A stretch of DNA of 64,000 nt. It comes from Chloropicon primus (taxonomy: Eukaryota). Below the pieces are notes generated by a model, which was not told the DNA's origin, did no database searches, and was given only the letters and a program-made list of their open reading frames with translations. A program made the translations under genes and the position numbers. The stretch is taken from the NCBI GenBank assembly GCA_023205875.1, contig CP060755.1:496001-560000 (forward strand), read 5' to 3'. Positions 44,400 through 55,333 of the stretch are shown one piece after another (the first letter of the stretch is position 1; every line of letters begins with the position of its first letter).

Positions 44400-45808
44400 G
44401 TATCCTTGTAAACGAACGCAACATCAGTCACCTTCAATTCACTTCACTCCTCCTTCCCACCCATCATCGAGAGACGAGACCTCTGGGATTTTTTCCCTAA
44501 CGGCTCAAGCCTCGATTCTCTCGCGAAGAGCAGCGCTCATGAGGGGAGAGCGAGAACGAGAGCGAGGACGAGGGCGACGACGGGAGCGACGACAATCACA
44601 ACAATGGCGTTCGCTCCGCAATGCAGAGGTCAGGATAGGGTAGAGTAAGACAGGCGGAAGTATGGCACCGCCGCGGCGGGGGGGGGGGTCGGTGCTGGCG
44701 AGGCTCGCCCTGGTCCTGCTGACGCTTTCGGCGGTGCTGCACTCGGCGGACTCGGCGAGTGTGAGTCACAGGAAGCTCTTGCAGGGGACGGGCGAGCCGC
44801 CCTTCATCCTGTCGCCCCTCGTGCCCATCAACTGGTTCATCTTCCGTGATGCTCCGACGACGGAGTTCAACCTCGGGGATCCGGTGGTGAACTGGTGGGT
44901 TAGTTTCAGCTCGGCCTTCCTGCACTTGAACGCCGCAGAAATCACCCTCTTCGGCGACCTGCCGCACCTGTTCAGTCTAGCCATCCCTCAGGTGACGCTG
45001 TTTGGGGGCAACGGCTGGAACGCGCTGGACGAGGAAGGGTTGAGGGCGGGGGCGTCCTTGATCGAGCTGGCGGGGTGGTTCGAGTTCGAGTTCTTCAACC
45101 TTGCAGCAGGGATGCCTGTTGCCACCGTGTCTCTGTTCGATCGCCTGGGGCTGGAAGACCTCGGTCTCGGTGTCCCGTCGAACTACGTGAACCTTTTTGA
45201 TATCCCGTGGGCGGGAGAGGGCGTCGTCGAGACCAGCATTATCGACGACTCGTTCGTGAACTTTATCCGGAGCCGTGGCCTGGCCGACTTGCTCAGCTAT
45301 CCCGGGTTCTACGGCACGTCCTTCTCCAGCGCGTGATGCGGAGTCGGAGTCGCTGAGGGGGGGGGAGGGGCACCACAAGACTCAAAGATTCGACGACGCG
45401 CGAGATGCTTCTGCTTCTGCTCTGTTGGCTGGGGAGAAGGAAGGCCAAAAGAATTTTGTGCGAGAGCGAGCGAGGGGCGGGAGGGAGAGAGAGACTATTT
45501 GTATCCTTGTAAACGAACGCAACATCAGTCACCTTCAATTCACTTCACTCCTCCTTCCCACCCATCATCGAGAGACGAGACCTCTGGGATTTTTTCCCTA
45601 ACGGCTCAAGCCTCGATTCTCTCGCGAAGAGCAGCGCTCATGAGGGGAGAGCGAGAACGAGAGCGAGGACGAGGGCGACGACGGGAGCGACGACAATCAC
45701 AACAATGGCGTTCGCTCCGCAATGCAGAGGTCAGGATAGGGTAGAGTAAGACAGGCGGAAGTATGGCACCGCCGCGGCGGGGGGGGGGGTCGGTGCTGGC
45801 GAGGCTCC
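44400..45808. repeat. 308-bp identical duplication (44400-44707 = 45501-45808) covering spacer and 5' CDS
   Basis: Same sequence from GTATCCTTGTAAACG to GGCGAGGCTC, including an 11-G run; period 1101 bp. Confidence 0.93.
44662..45336 (+). CDS. Secreted orphan family protein, copy 2
   Basis: Same signal/HRKLLQ/ILSPLVPINW/IDDS/YPGFYGTSFSS layout. Confidence 0.85.
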   Translation: MAPPRRGGGSVLARLALVLLTLSAVLHSADSASVSHRKLLQGTGEPPFILSPLVPINWFIFRDAPTTEFNLGDPVVNWWVSFSSAFLHLNAAEITLFGDLPHLFSLAIPQVTLFGGNGWNALDEEGLRAGASLIELAGWFEFEFFNLAAGMPVATVSLFDRLGLEDLGLGVPSNYVNLFDIPWAGEGVVETSIIDDSFVNFIRSRGLADLLSYPGFYGTSFSSA

Positions 45809-46473
45809 TCGCCTTGCTGGGGAGCCTGGTGGTGGTGGTCGCGCTGTTCTCCGCTGCTGCGTCTGCGAGCGCGGCGGGCGGGACGATGAGTCACAGGAAG
45901 CTCTTGCAGGAGACGTCCGAGCTGCCCATCCTGTCGCCCCTCGTGCCCATCAACTGGTTCATCTTCGGAGGGCAGCCAACGAACAAGTTCAATATAAGCA
46001 ATCCCATCGTGCGTTACCTCATCGTTTTCACCTCCAGCTTCATGAGGCTGAACGCGTTCGAGTTCACCCTCTTCGGTGACTTCCCGGTCCTCACGATGGG
46101 GGTGCCTCAATTCACGCTGTTCGGGGGGAGGGGGTTCGGCAACGGGAGAGCTGGAAGTGAGATCGGACTGCGGACCGGGGCGCCCGTGAGCCAACTGGCG
46201 TCTTGGATCGCCTTCCAGGCCTTCGCCGTTCCAGCGCGAGCGGTGGGCCTGCGCATGTCCCTGTTCTCGCGCTTCGGGTTCGAAGAGCTCGAAGAGCTCG
46301 GCATTCCGTCTAACTTGCCTGACCTGTGGAGCATCCCTTACAACAGTAACGCCGCATCAGTAGCCTTGATCGACGATAGTTTCGTCAACTACGTGAGGAG
46401 CGGGAGGTTGGCCGAGCTCTTGCTCTCATCGAGCTATCCAGGGTTCTACGGCACATCATTCTCCTCCATATGA
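45763..46473 (+). CDS. Secreted orphan family protein, copy 3
   Basis: Same layout; divergent signal peptide and core. Confidence 0.85.
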   Translation: MAPPRRGGGSVLARLLALLGSLVVVVALFSAAASASAAGGTMSHRKLLQETSELPILSPLVPINWFIFGGQPTNKFNISNPIVRYLIVFTSSFMRLNAFEFTLFGDFPVLTMGVPQFTLFGGRGFGNGRAGSEIGLRTGAPVSQLASWIAFQAFAVPARAVGLRMSLFSRFGFEELEELGIPSNLPDLWSIPYNSNAASVALIDDSFVNYVRSGRLAELLLSSSYPGFYGTSFSSI

Positions 46474-46650
46474 TGCGCGGCGTTCACCGGAGTCGGGGGA
46501 TCATCCCCTCCACAAGACTCAAAGCAACGGTTGCGCTCGCCGACGACTTGGCTCACTCCACATTGTTGTATAAAGAACTAATAAGTTTATTTGCGATACA
46601 GTTGCCCAGCGCCGTTGCCTGAGCACGCGGGCGACCACCACCATCAAGCC

Positions 46651-48564
46651 CTAGTTGATAACTCCAGTGAAGGATGCGGAAAAGGACATCGATCCGCTGA
46701 AGGATGCGAAAGATGCTCTGGGGGTCGCACCTGACGAGAAAGAAGAACCCTTGTCATCGACCAGAGCGAACTCCTCCTCGTCCTCAGCAGGAACCTGTGC
46801 GCTCCAGAACTCCACCTCGTTCGCCTTCATCTGCTTGTAGTCCAACCCCTTCTTCCTGCAAAGGAGCTGGAAATCTACCGCAAGATCCGTCTGGTCATTG
46901 AGCGCGTTTGCGTCGACCTTGTCATCCACGATGGCAGACTTCACGATCCCGTAACGACCTTCGTACATTGCGTTCCTGGGCCTCCAATCGTGCTGCAAAA
47001 CCATAACGCTCTCATACTTCAGGCCCACTGTAGTGCCGCAACCCTTGCACTTCAAGTCCCTGAAATACATGGGGCCAACTGACAGGAAGTCTGCTTGCTT
47101 CTTGCCGACCTCAACGTTTTCCTTCTCGACTTGGGAGAGGTAAAAGGTTGATTCCTCCCCGTTACCAACGTCGTGCATGTGGTAAGGCTTGCAAACGACG
47201 TCCTTGGAGTTCCCCAGGACGGTGTCGCAGACAACCATATCATCTTTCTTCTTCTTCTTCCCCTGAAAGGTCATGGCCTTGCACCTCAGCTCGTGGCTGT
47301 CCAAAAACTTCCACTGCGCATCCTCCTTCTCCCTGTCGTACCACCTCAAGTAAGTCTCAGCAAAGTAATGCATCTGCGAGTACTCGCCCAAGAGCTGGTA
47401 CAAGTTGCCGAGGGTCTTCATGTCCTTGGCGTCCAGGGCATTGCAATCGATTGGAAAGGTTTTCTCCTTCACCCTCACCTCGGCGTTCAGGCTGATCTGG
47501 CTGGTGTCGATCTTGAAGCCAAGGTACAAGTTGCAGCCCTTGCAGTTCAGGTGCCTCACCACGAGCTCGTCGAAGAACTCGTCAAACTTCTCGTAGTCAA
47601 TCTGCTCGCCGAACATCTTCATGAAGTACCCGCCAAAGAGAATCAGAGCGTTTTGATCCAAGTCTCTCAGGAACAGGTGGTTCTTGCTCAGCTTTACTCC
47701 GCTCGGAAGCACTTTCGTGCAAACTAACCGGCCGTCGTGGCCCAAAATCTCCAGGTGCTTGTTGTACACCAGGTCTCCCTTCTTGCTAAGGAGAGGGCGG
47801 CCGCAGGACTTGCAAGCAGCCCAGTACTTGGAGACCAGCTTCCCAATGGCATTGAGCCTGCGGTTCACAACCATGAGGCGAGCCGCGTCCTTCATGTCAA
47901 GGGTTTTGAACAAGTGAAGAAGGACCTCCTCAGGAAAGTCTGACAGACTCGTGCTCTTGTCATTCTCCAGGAAGAAGCTCCCGTCTCTGCTTCCTATGGA
48001 ACCTCCGGATCCCCTTGACCCCTTTGATTCTGTGGACAGTCTCCTGGCTCTGGCCTTCAAGTTCCGCTGCATACCTTCCTGAAGCATTCCTTGCTCCGAG
48101 AGGGACAGCCTGTCGATGCTGTATCTGCAGTCCTCGATGTCCGACGGCTGTAGCTTGTTGACGGCGAGCTTCCGGTGGCTGCACACCCCTGAAAACAACT
48201 CGAGCAGAAGTTCGCTCACTTCCTCGCACCGGTCTGAGAAGTAGTGGTAATCGTATCCAGTGTAGCCGTCCACCACGTGTATGATGCTCTGCTTCGTCTC
48301 GGTGCACAGAGTGACCTTCTTTATCTTTGACAACCCCATCGCCCCCTTGCTGCAAGTGAGCTTCTCAAAGAACATGCCCTTATTGATATTGTACAAATTT
48401 CTATTCGTGAGCATCAACACCCTCTTCTGCTGAGCCCCCTTCCTATTTATCTTGATGACATGATCGCTGAAGACGACCTTCTCGCTCTTGTCTTCCAAGA
48501 TCTTGGTCACCTTATTGGCGATGTCCAAGTAGTCCAAGTTAGCGTCCCTGTGATGATACGACAT
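46651..48564 (-). CDS. Myosin TH1/PH-like + F-box + two Yippee/Mis18-like zinc domains
   Basis: DYLD..EKVVFSDHVIKINRKGAQQKRVLMLTNRNLYNI; LSDFPEEVLLHLFKTLD..VNRRL; CKSC..CKGCNLYLGFK; CK..CDTVLG..CKGCGTTVGLKYE..EGRY. Confidence 0.7.
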   Translation of the reverse strand: MSYHHRDANLDYLDIANKVTKILEDKSEKVVFSDHVIKINRKGAQQKRVLMLTNRNLYNINKGMFFEKLTCSKGAMGLSKIKKVTLCTETKQSIIHVVDGYTGYDYHYFSDRCEEVSELLLELFSGVCSHRKLAVNKLQPSDIEDCRYSIDRLSLSEQGMLQEGMQRNLKARARRLSTESKGSRGSGGSIGSRDGSFFLENDKSTSLSDFPEEVLLHLFKTLDMKDAARLMVVNRRLNAIGKLVSKYWAACKSCGRPLLSKKGDLVYNKHLEILGHDGRLVCTKVLPSGVKLSKNHLFLRDLDQNALILFGGYFMKMFGEQIDYEKFDEFFDELVVRHLNCKGCNLYLGFKIDTSQISLNAEVRVKEKTFPIDCNALDAKDMKTLGNLYQLLGEYSQMHYFAETYLRWYDREKEDAQWKFLDSHELRCKAMTFQGKKKKKDDMVVCDTVLGNSKDVVCKPYHMHDVGNGEESTFYLSQVEKENVEVGKKQADFLSVGPMYFRDLKCKGCGTTVGLKYESVMVLQHDWRPRNAMYEGRYGIVKSAIVDDKVDANALNDQTDLAVDFQLLCRKKGLDYKQMKANEVEFWSAQVPAEDEEEFALVDDKGSSFSSGATPRASFASFSGSMSFSASFTGVIN

Positions 48565-49438
48565 CCTCCCCACCCAGCTCCTTCACCCACACCCCCTGGC
48601 CCTGGAGGAGACTCCTCCTCAGTCCCGTGTCCCTGGTGCCCCTTGGTCCAAATTGGCCCGTGACAAAGACAAAGAATCTCCCTCCCTCCTGTTCTCAAGG
48701 CCAAGGTCTCGAACACGAATTCGTTCGATCGTTCCTCCCCTCCTCGGTATTGCTCTTCTCTCCCTCTACCCTCGGCTCGGTCCTACCACTCACCCATCGT
48801 GCGTCCTCGTCCTGCTCGAGCTGCTCGAGCTCCCGTCTGTCGAAGAAAAGGGACGAAACGCGACGAAAAGAAGAGAAGAGAAGAGAAGGGACAGGACCAA
48901 AGGCTTATTCAAGTCCTTGGTCACGGACCAAAACCTTATTCAAGTCCTTGACACCAACGCCCATCGTTGTCGGCGATTGCTTGGCTTGCAATGCAGGAGC
49001 GTGGAGCGCGTTGCAATCGAACGAGGGAATCTTGAAGCTAAACCTGTCCTCTCTCGAGGAAAGAGCAAAGGGACTTCCCTTGCTTGAGCGCCCCTACGAC
49101 TGAAGTCACACCTCGAAGGCAACAGGAGAGCTCGGGAGGCTTCTGGGCTTCTTTCCCGGCGCTTGAACCCAACCCACAGTGTTGCGCCAGGGGGGGGCAA
49201 ATTTGAGACCAACAGACGCTTAAGCACGAGCCCGGAGCCCGGAGCTCGGTTCTGGGCCGCAACTCGCGCTGACGCAAGACAACGCACCATGGATGTCGTC
49301 GTCGTCCTCATCGTCATCGTCTTTGCCGTCTGATGAGTGTACAATATTGTACATTATTTTATAGACCCTGGCGGCGAGGGCGAAAGCGATCAGAGGGGAA
49401 GCGATCGCGATCGATCGATCGATCGCGCGCGGCAAAGG

Positions 49439-49762
49439 ATGTGGAGGCGTATCGCGAAGGTAGCGGAGGAGGTGTCTTTGGTCGAGGCCAGGAGAGGGAA
49501 AGCCTCCCCCGCGTCCACTCTCAAGGGGATCACCTCTTGCGCTTGTCGTGAAACACAACAAAACTTGAACCAAGGGGGTGGTCCGATCGTGCCTTCATGC
49601 AGAGGGTATTCCTCCGTCGGGGGACCGGAAGGGGTGAAGCCCAATCTGCTTCAGCACAAGCCGACCAAGGCGGAAAGAAAGCCCGTCGCGGAGGCCGCCT
49701 CCGTCCTGTCCGAGGCATCCACCGGGACAAACAGCAAGACCAAGGTGAGTTCTTCTCCCCCC

Positions 49763-49828
<66 letters not shown>

Positions 49829-52073
49829 CTCCATCCCTGTTGGCTGACACCGCGCGTTTGTTTTCGTTTCGTTTCGTTTCGTGCAGTGGCTGCTTCACCC
49901 GCAGCTTCCGGTGGACGTGCGCGCCGTGGGTGCGCTGGTGGCGGGTGCGAGCGGGTTCTACCTCTATAACCTGGACGGGGACACCGCCAAGCCAAAGGTG
50001 GAGGAGGAGCTTCAAGTGGAGAGGGGGTTCGAGGAGGACGACGTCGATGCATCGGTGACGATTCTGGACGAGAGATTGTCTCCTGAGGAAGAGGCGGAAG
50101 ATGTGACGGCGGAGCTTGCGGTGGCGCAGAACATGGAGGAGGAGGTCGAGGAGGTCGTGGCCTCGGAGGAGGAAGCCTCGGCGCCCGTCTCCGCAGTTGC
50201 GCCGGAGGAGGCGGGGGAGGGGGGCAATGTGCCGGAAGAGCAACCTGCTGCTGCTGTAGCCAGCGAAGAAGGCGAAGAGGTTGATCCAGACCAAGCCAAA
50301 CAGGCGGAGCTCGTGGCCAACTTGCTCCAAGACGTGCTCACGGGCAAAGTGGTGGAAGAGGTTCAAGATCAAACCTCCACGAGCGTCCAGGATGAAGCTT
50401 CCGAGGTGCAGAGAAGCGCAGGAGGTGAAGACGCTGTGGGCGAGGCCTCCAGCACGTCCGAGCCTGCTCCTCTCCATGTCGCCGACCTCGAAGCAAAGGA
50501 GGGTTCAGCGCCGTCGCCCGAGGATGTCGTCGAGGCCGCTGCGGAGCTGGCGATGAGCCACGAAGAGGCTTCGGAGGAAGTTGCTGGGGAAGAGGCCACG
50601 GAGCCTGTGGTGGAGGCCGCCGCGGAGCTGGCGATGAGCCACGAAGAGGCTTCGGAGGAGATTGTTGGGGAAGAGGGCACGGAGCCTGCGACAGAGCCGG
50701 TCACAATGGAGGAAGGGTCCTCCCCGGTGATTGACGATGTCGCTGTGGAAACAAGGGACGAGCAGACAGAGTGCACGGTCCTTTCCCAGGACGAGGTCGC
50801 CGTCGAAGAAGAAGTGCCACCACCGCCGCAGATCGGGGAAGATCCAAGGGAGATAGTGTGGAAAAAGATTGAGGCACAGAACCTCGTTTCTGATGCTGTG
50901 TCTAAAGGAGAAGATCCCGGGGAAAATTGGGAGCTTTATGGGGCAATGCATCGCCAGGCAGCTCACGATGCGGAAGTATTTAATTCCATGATCATGGAAA
51001 TCGTCAAGCAGTACGAGGTAAGCTTTTTTCTGAAACACCGGAAAGAGAAGAGGAGAAGGCCTATCGTACTCACCGCAGGTTACCTCAAGGGGAATGAACC
51101 TAGTGGCTCTTATTTGGCCGATATCCCTCTACGTGCGCCTTGATTGTGCAGGCAGGAATGTTCGTCATGTACTGTTTTGCTTGGCTAACGAGAAACATCT
51201 TTTGTTCGTACTTTGTTCTTATAGGAGGAGATCGATGACATAATCGGAGACTTGAGGCGCATGGAGTCCAACAAGGAAAAGCTGGAGAGCGATATCAGCC
51301 AGCTAGCCATCCAGCACAGGGAAGACCTGAGAGCTGAATACGTCAGGGGCGAGGTGAGAAGGCTGGAGTCTAACAAGAAACAGGCCGAGGAGTACTTGAG
51401 AACCACAGCGAAGGCGATGGTTAGGGAGAGGGAAATCATGCTGGGGCAACTAGACGAGGCGAGGATGAAGTTGAATTCTCTAAAGGTGGCCTTCAGCAAA
51501 CGAAGCGAGGAAGGAAAGCGCGGCAACGATTCCCATCAACTGGCACAAGCCGTGCTCTCGATCAAGCACAAGACAGGAGAGGGTCTCCCTTTTGCTGACG
51601 CACTTGAGGTTCTTGGGCCCCTGGCCAAAGACGACGAATTCATTGCGCTCGTCGTTGCTTCCATCCCCTCTCACGTAGCAGAGAAAGGGGCAATGTCGAG
51701 CACTCAGTTGCAGGAGTGGTTTTGGGAAGTGGAAAAAGATGCAGCCCGAGTGGCTCTTCTCCCGGCAGAGGGAGCTGGGTTCCTTTCCACAATGCTTTCC
51801 TACGCGGCTTCTTTTGCCAGGGTAAGAGAGGACAGCAGCGGGGAAGCTGACGCTGAAGGCGGCGTGGAGTCCGCACTGAGCGCCGCCAGGGCACTGATCA
51901 CGGACGGCAAATTCTACGAGAGCGCTGCTCTGCTGGAAAAGAGTTTTGGGAGCACCTCCGCAATGGCCATCTTTAGCGAGTGGGTGCAGGCTGCCCGGGA
52001 CAGAGCGAGGGTTGACCAGGCCGTCATGGTGCTTGAGGCATCTGCGGTGACAAAAGCAAAAAGTCTAAGCTAA
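49439..52073 (+). CDS. MIC60: MICOS subunit MIC60 / mitofilin
   Basis: Presequence, one TM, acidic region with a duplicated VVEAAAELAMSHEEASEE, coiled coil, mitofilin C-terminus (ESALSAAR..EWVQAARDRARVDQA). Introns 49745-49886 and 51018-51224. Confidence 0.82.
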
Positions 52074-52112
52074 GGGTGGGTAATTCTAATCCTTTTAGTA
52101 GAATTCATGTAG

Positions 52113-55100
52113 TTATTGACTCAACTCCTTGAACTGCGTCTCTGCATATCGGACGGCTTCCTCGATCTTCGAAGGGTCAGTGCCACCGGCTTGTGCCAAG
52201 TTGGGCCTCCCCCCACCCTTTCCACCGCAAACCTCAGCGACAGAACTGACGAACTTTCCGGCGTGCATCTTCCTCTCCAACAAATCAGCACCGAATGCTG
52301 CCACCAAAGAGACTTTCTTGTCCGACACCTTTGTCACCAGAACGACAGCCGCGTCCTCACCCAAGCTGCTTTGAAGCTGCTGGGCAGCAGCAGAGAGGAC
52401 CTTTGAATCCATGTCATCAATGGATTCAAAAACAGCTTTGAAGCCGTTGATGCTCACTACTTTCCCTGCGAGCGCAGCCGTTTTGGCCACCGCGAGCTCT
52501 TCCTTCAACTTGGACACCATTCCCTGAGAGGCCTTGAGGTCATTCATCAGGGTTGATATCCTGGGCACAATCTCTTCCCTCTTTATCTTCAACTGGGAAG
52601 ACAAGCTCTTGACGATGTCATCGGCTGCCCCCAAGTAGTCGATGACCTGATCCCCCGCGACCGCCTCAATTCTTCGGATGCCCGACGCAATGCCTGATTC
52701 TGAAACAACTTTCAAGCCCCTGATCTCCTGCGTCCTCTCTACATGTGTCCCACCACACAATTCCATCGAAACACTTTCGCCCTGCTCCGACATGACGCTG
52801 ACGACCCTAACGACATCCCCATACTTCTCCCCGAACATGGCAGTGGCACCTTTGGCCTTTGCTTCCGCAATTGGCATCTCGTCAACCACAGTCTCGTTAT
52901 TTCCTGCGACCCAACTGTTCACGAGGCGCTCCACTTCCTTGATTTGGGCGCCCGTCATCGCCTCGGGGTAATTGAAGTCGAATCGCAGGGTGTCTGGCTT
53001 CACGATGGACCCAGCCTGGCAAACGTCATCGCCCAGAACACTCTTCAGGGCAGTCTGAAGCAGGTGAGTGGAGGTGTGGTGGATCTTGCAGCCGTCCCTA
53101 AATTTTTTGTCCACTTGAGCTGACACCCTGTCGCCAACAGCCAGGGAGCCTTCCTCGACTATGCCCTCATGGAGGTACAGCAAGCCACCTGCCACTTTCT
53201 GGACATCCACGACATTCACCTTGCAGTTATCGGAGACGAGAACGCCCCTGTCTCCGACCTGCCCTCCCGACTCGGCGTAAAAAGGCGTTCTGTCGAGCAC
53301 AAGCTTGATCTTTTCCCCTTCCTGCGAGCTGCTGACCTGCTCCTTGTCCTTGATGACGGACAAGACCTCGCTCTCCGCGTCCAGGTCAGTGTATCCGCAG
53401 AACTCGGTGGAGGGCAGAGTCTTCGCGAGCGTGCCCTCGTAGTCATTGAGGGTCATGTCAACGGCCTCGTGCGCCGATCTCGACAGCGTGCGAGCGTCCT
53501 CCATAGCCCTCTCAAAGCCTTCCAGATCAACATCGATTCCCTTCTCAGCAGCGAGCTCCTGGGTGATCTCCAGGGGGAATCCATACGTATCATACAGCAT
53601 GAAGGCGTCCGCACCCTTGAGGGATTTTGATTTATCCGTCGAGGCCTTTTCCAACAGATCACTCAAGATCGCTTCCCCTCTGTCCAGGGTCTTCACGAAC
53701 CTCTCCTCTTCGCGTGCTATTTCGCTAAGAATGCGCTGGCTGTTCTTCGCGACTTCGGGGTCACAGTCGTTCGACATCCCCACCGCGATTTCAGCGATTT
53801 CGGGGGTGAAGAGCTTTCCCTTTTCGGCGCCAAGCAGCCTCCCCTTCAAGACGACTCTTCGCAGAAGCCTCCTCACGATGTATCCCCTGCCAATGTTACT
53901 CGGGGTCACCCCGTCCGAGATGAGGTAGACCACCGCCCTCGTGTGGTCCCCAATCACTTTGCATGCCTGCTTCATTCTTTCGTCCAGCTTATGGTACTCG
54001 ACGCCCGCCGAGGCGCAAGCCTTCTCCATGAGCGGGTAGATCAAATCGGTCTCGTAATTGTTTGGCTTTCCTTGCAAAATCTGGGCCATCCTTTCCAAGC
54101 CCATCCCAGTGTCCACGCACTTCACCTTCAAGGGCTCCAGCTCCTTGTCCGGCGTTCTGTTGTACTGCATGAAGACCAGGTTGTAAAACTCGATAAACCT
54201 GTCGTCGTCCTCGAGGTCTGCGCCTTCTGCTCCCAGCTCGGGGGAAAAGTCGTAGTAGAGCTCAGTGCACGGTCCGCACGGCCCGGTTGGGCCAGACGAC
54301 CAGAAATTGTCCTTCTCACCAAGCCTCACGATCCTCTCCTTTGGGATTCCGATGCTCTTCTCCCATATCTCGTAGCTCTCGTCATCGTCCTTGTAGACGC
54401 TGATCCAGATCCTCTCCGGGTTGAGCGGGAAGACTTTCGTGCACAGCTCCCAGGCGTGCCTGATGGCGCCCTCCTTGAAGTAGTCTCCAAAAGAAAAGTT
54501 TCCCAACATCTCAAAGAACGTGTGGTGCCGCGCCGTCACCCCGACGTTCTCTATGTCGTTCGTTCTCACGCACTTCTGAGTGGTCGTGCAGCAGTCGTAC
54601 TTCTTCTTCTCCTGGCCAAGGAAGATGGGCTTGAACTGAAGCATGCCTGCAATCGTCAGCAGGACCGTGGGGTCGTCAGGAACGAGGGACGAGCTCGGGA
54701 GATGCTTGTGGCCGCGCGAGACGTAAAAGTCTATGAACCGCTTCCGTATCTCGGACCCACCGAGGACACCCGCAGCTGTCCCATCAGTCTCTTGCGAGCT
54801 TCCCGCTGCCGCGGTCTTCACCTCCGTCGAGGGCGAGGACCCGCAGCCCACCACCCTCGCCGACCCGCAGCCGGCCAAGCTTCTCCTCAGTCCACTCCCT
54901 CCGGTGCCTTCGCCCTTCCACCGGGCCGCCTCCGCCCGATGCGCCGTCCCTACGAAAGCTCTCGAGCTCCACGCCGTTCCACACGACGCAAAACTTTGCT
55001 GACTCAACCCAGTGGCCTTCATCTTCGCCATCATCAGGGCACTCCTCTTGGAAGAAGCACCGCAGCTCGAGGTGGTTCTCAAAGGCGAGTACGACGGCGA

Positions 55101-55274
55101 GTACGAATACGACGCCGGCACCTGCACGGCGGGGACCAGGCAAGATGAGGAGGGCGCGGAGGTCGTTGACCACCTCACCGGCGTCGCTCTCACCCCCAGC
55201 ACCACGCCCTTGTTCCCCTTGCTCAGCAGAGAGCACGCGCTCCTCTTCGTCATCGCTTTCAGTTTGTCCGCCAT
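52113..55274 (-). CDS. Organellar (plastid/mitochondrial) alanyl-tRNA synthetase
   Basis: Long Ser/Ala presequence; AGMLQFKP, HHTFFEMLGNFSFGDYFK, DTGMGLER, HHTSTHLL, ELCGGTH, GGKGGG. Confidence 0.97.
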   Translation of the reverse strand: MADKLKAMTKRSACSLLSKGNKGVVLGVRATPVRWSTTSAPSSSCLVPAVQVPASYSYSPSYSPLRTTSSCGASSKRSALMMAKMKATGLSQQSFASCGTAWSSRAFVGTAHRAEAARWKGEGTGGSGLRRSLAGCGSARVVGCGSSPSTEVKTAAAGSSQETDGTAAGVLGGSEIRKRFIDFYVSRGHKHLPSSSLVPDDPTVLLTIAGMLQFKPIFLGQEKKKYDCCTTTQKCVRTNDIENVGVTARHHTFFEMLGNFSFGDYFKEGAIRHAWELCTKVFPLNPERIWISVYKDDDESYEIWEKSIGIPKERIVRLGEKDNFWSSGPTGPCGPCTELYYDFSPELGAEGADLEDDDRFIEFYNLVFMQYNRTPDKELEPLKVKCVDTGMGLERMAQILQGKPNNYETDLIYPLMEKACASAGVEYHKLDERMKQACKVIGDHTRAVVYLISDGVTPSNIGRGYIVRRLLRRVVLKGRLLGAEKGKLFTPEIAEIAVGMSNDCDPEVAKNSQRILSEIAREEERFVKTLDRGEAILSDLLEKASTDKSKSLKGADAFMLYDTYGFPLEITQELAAEKGIDVDLEGFERAMEDARTLSRSAHEAVDMTLNDYEGTLAKTLPSTEFCGYTDLDAESEVLSVIKDKEQVSSSQEGEKIKLVLDRTPFYAESGGQVGDRGVLVSDNCKVNVVDVQKVAGGLLYLHEGIVEEGSLAVGDRVSAQVDKKFRDGCKIHHTSTHLLQTALKSVLGDDVCQAGSIVKPDTLRFDFNYPEAMTGAQIKEVERLVNSWVAGNNETVVDEMPIAEAKAKGATAMFGEKYGDVVRVVSVMSEQGESVSMELCGGTHVERTQEIRGLKVVSESGIASGIRRIEAVAGDQVIDYLGAADDIVKSLSSQLKIKREEIVPRISTLMNDLKASQGMVSKLKEELAVAKTAALAGKVVSINGFKAVFESIDDMDSKVLSAAAQQLQSSLGEDAAVVLVTKVSDKKVSLVAAFGADLLERKMHAGKFVSSVAEVCGGKGGGRPNLAQAGGTDPSKIEEAVRYAETQFKELSQ

Positions 55275-55290
55275 CTCCTCACCAGAGCGT

Positions 55291-55333
55291 CGTTTCTTTC
55301 AAGCGACGGCTCGTTCGAAAGAGCAAGAGACGA
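55291..55333 (-). promoter_or_regulatory. 43-bp long-form upstream element
   Basis: CGTTTCTTTCAAGCGACGGCTCGTTCGAAAGAGCAAGAGACGA, 16 bp from the AlaRS ATG; an opposite-facing core lies at 55547-55564. Confidence 0.6.
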
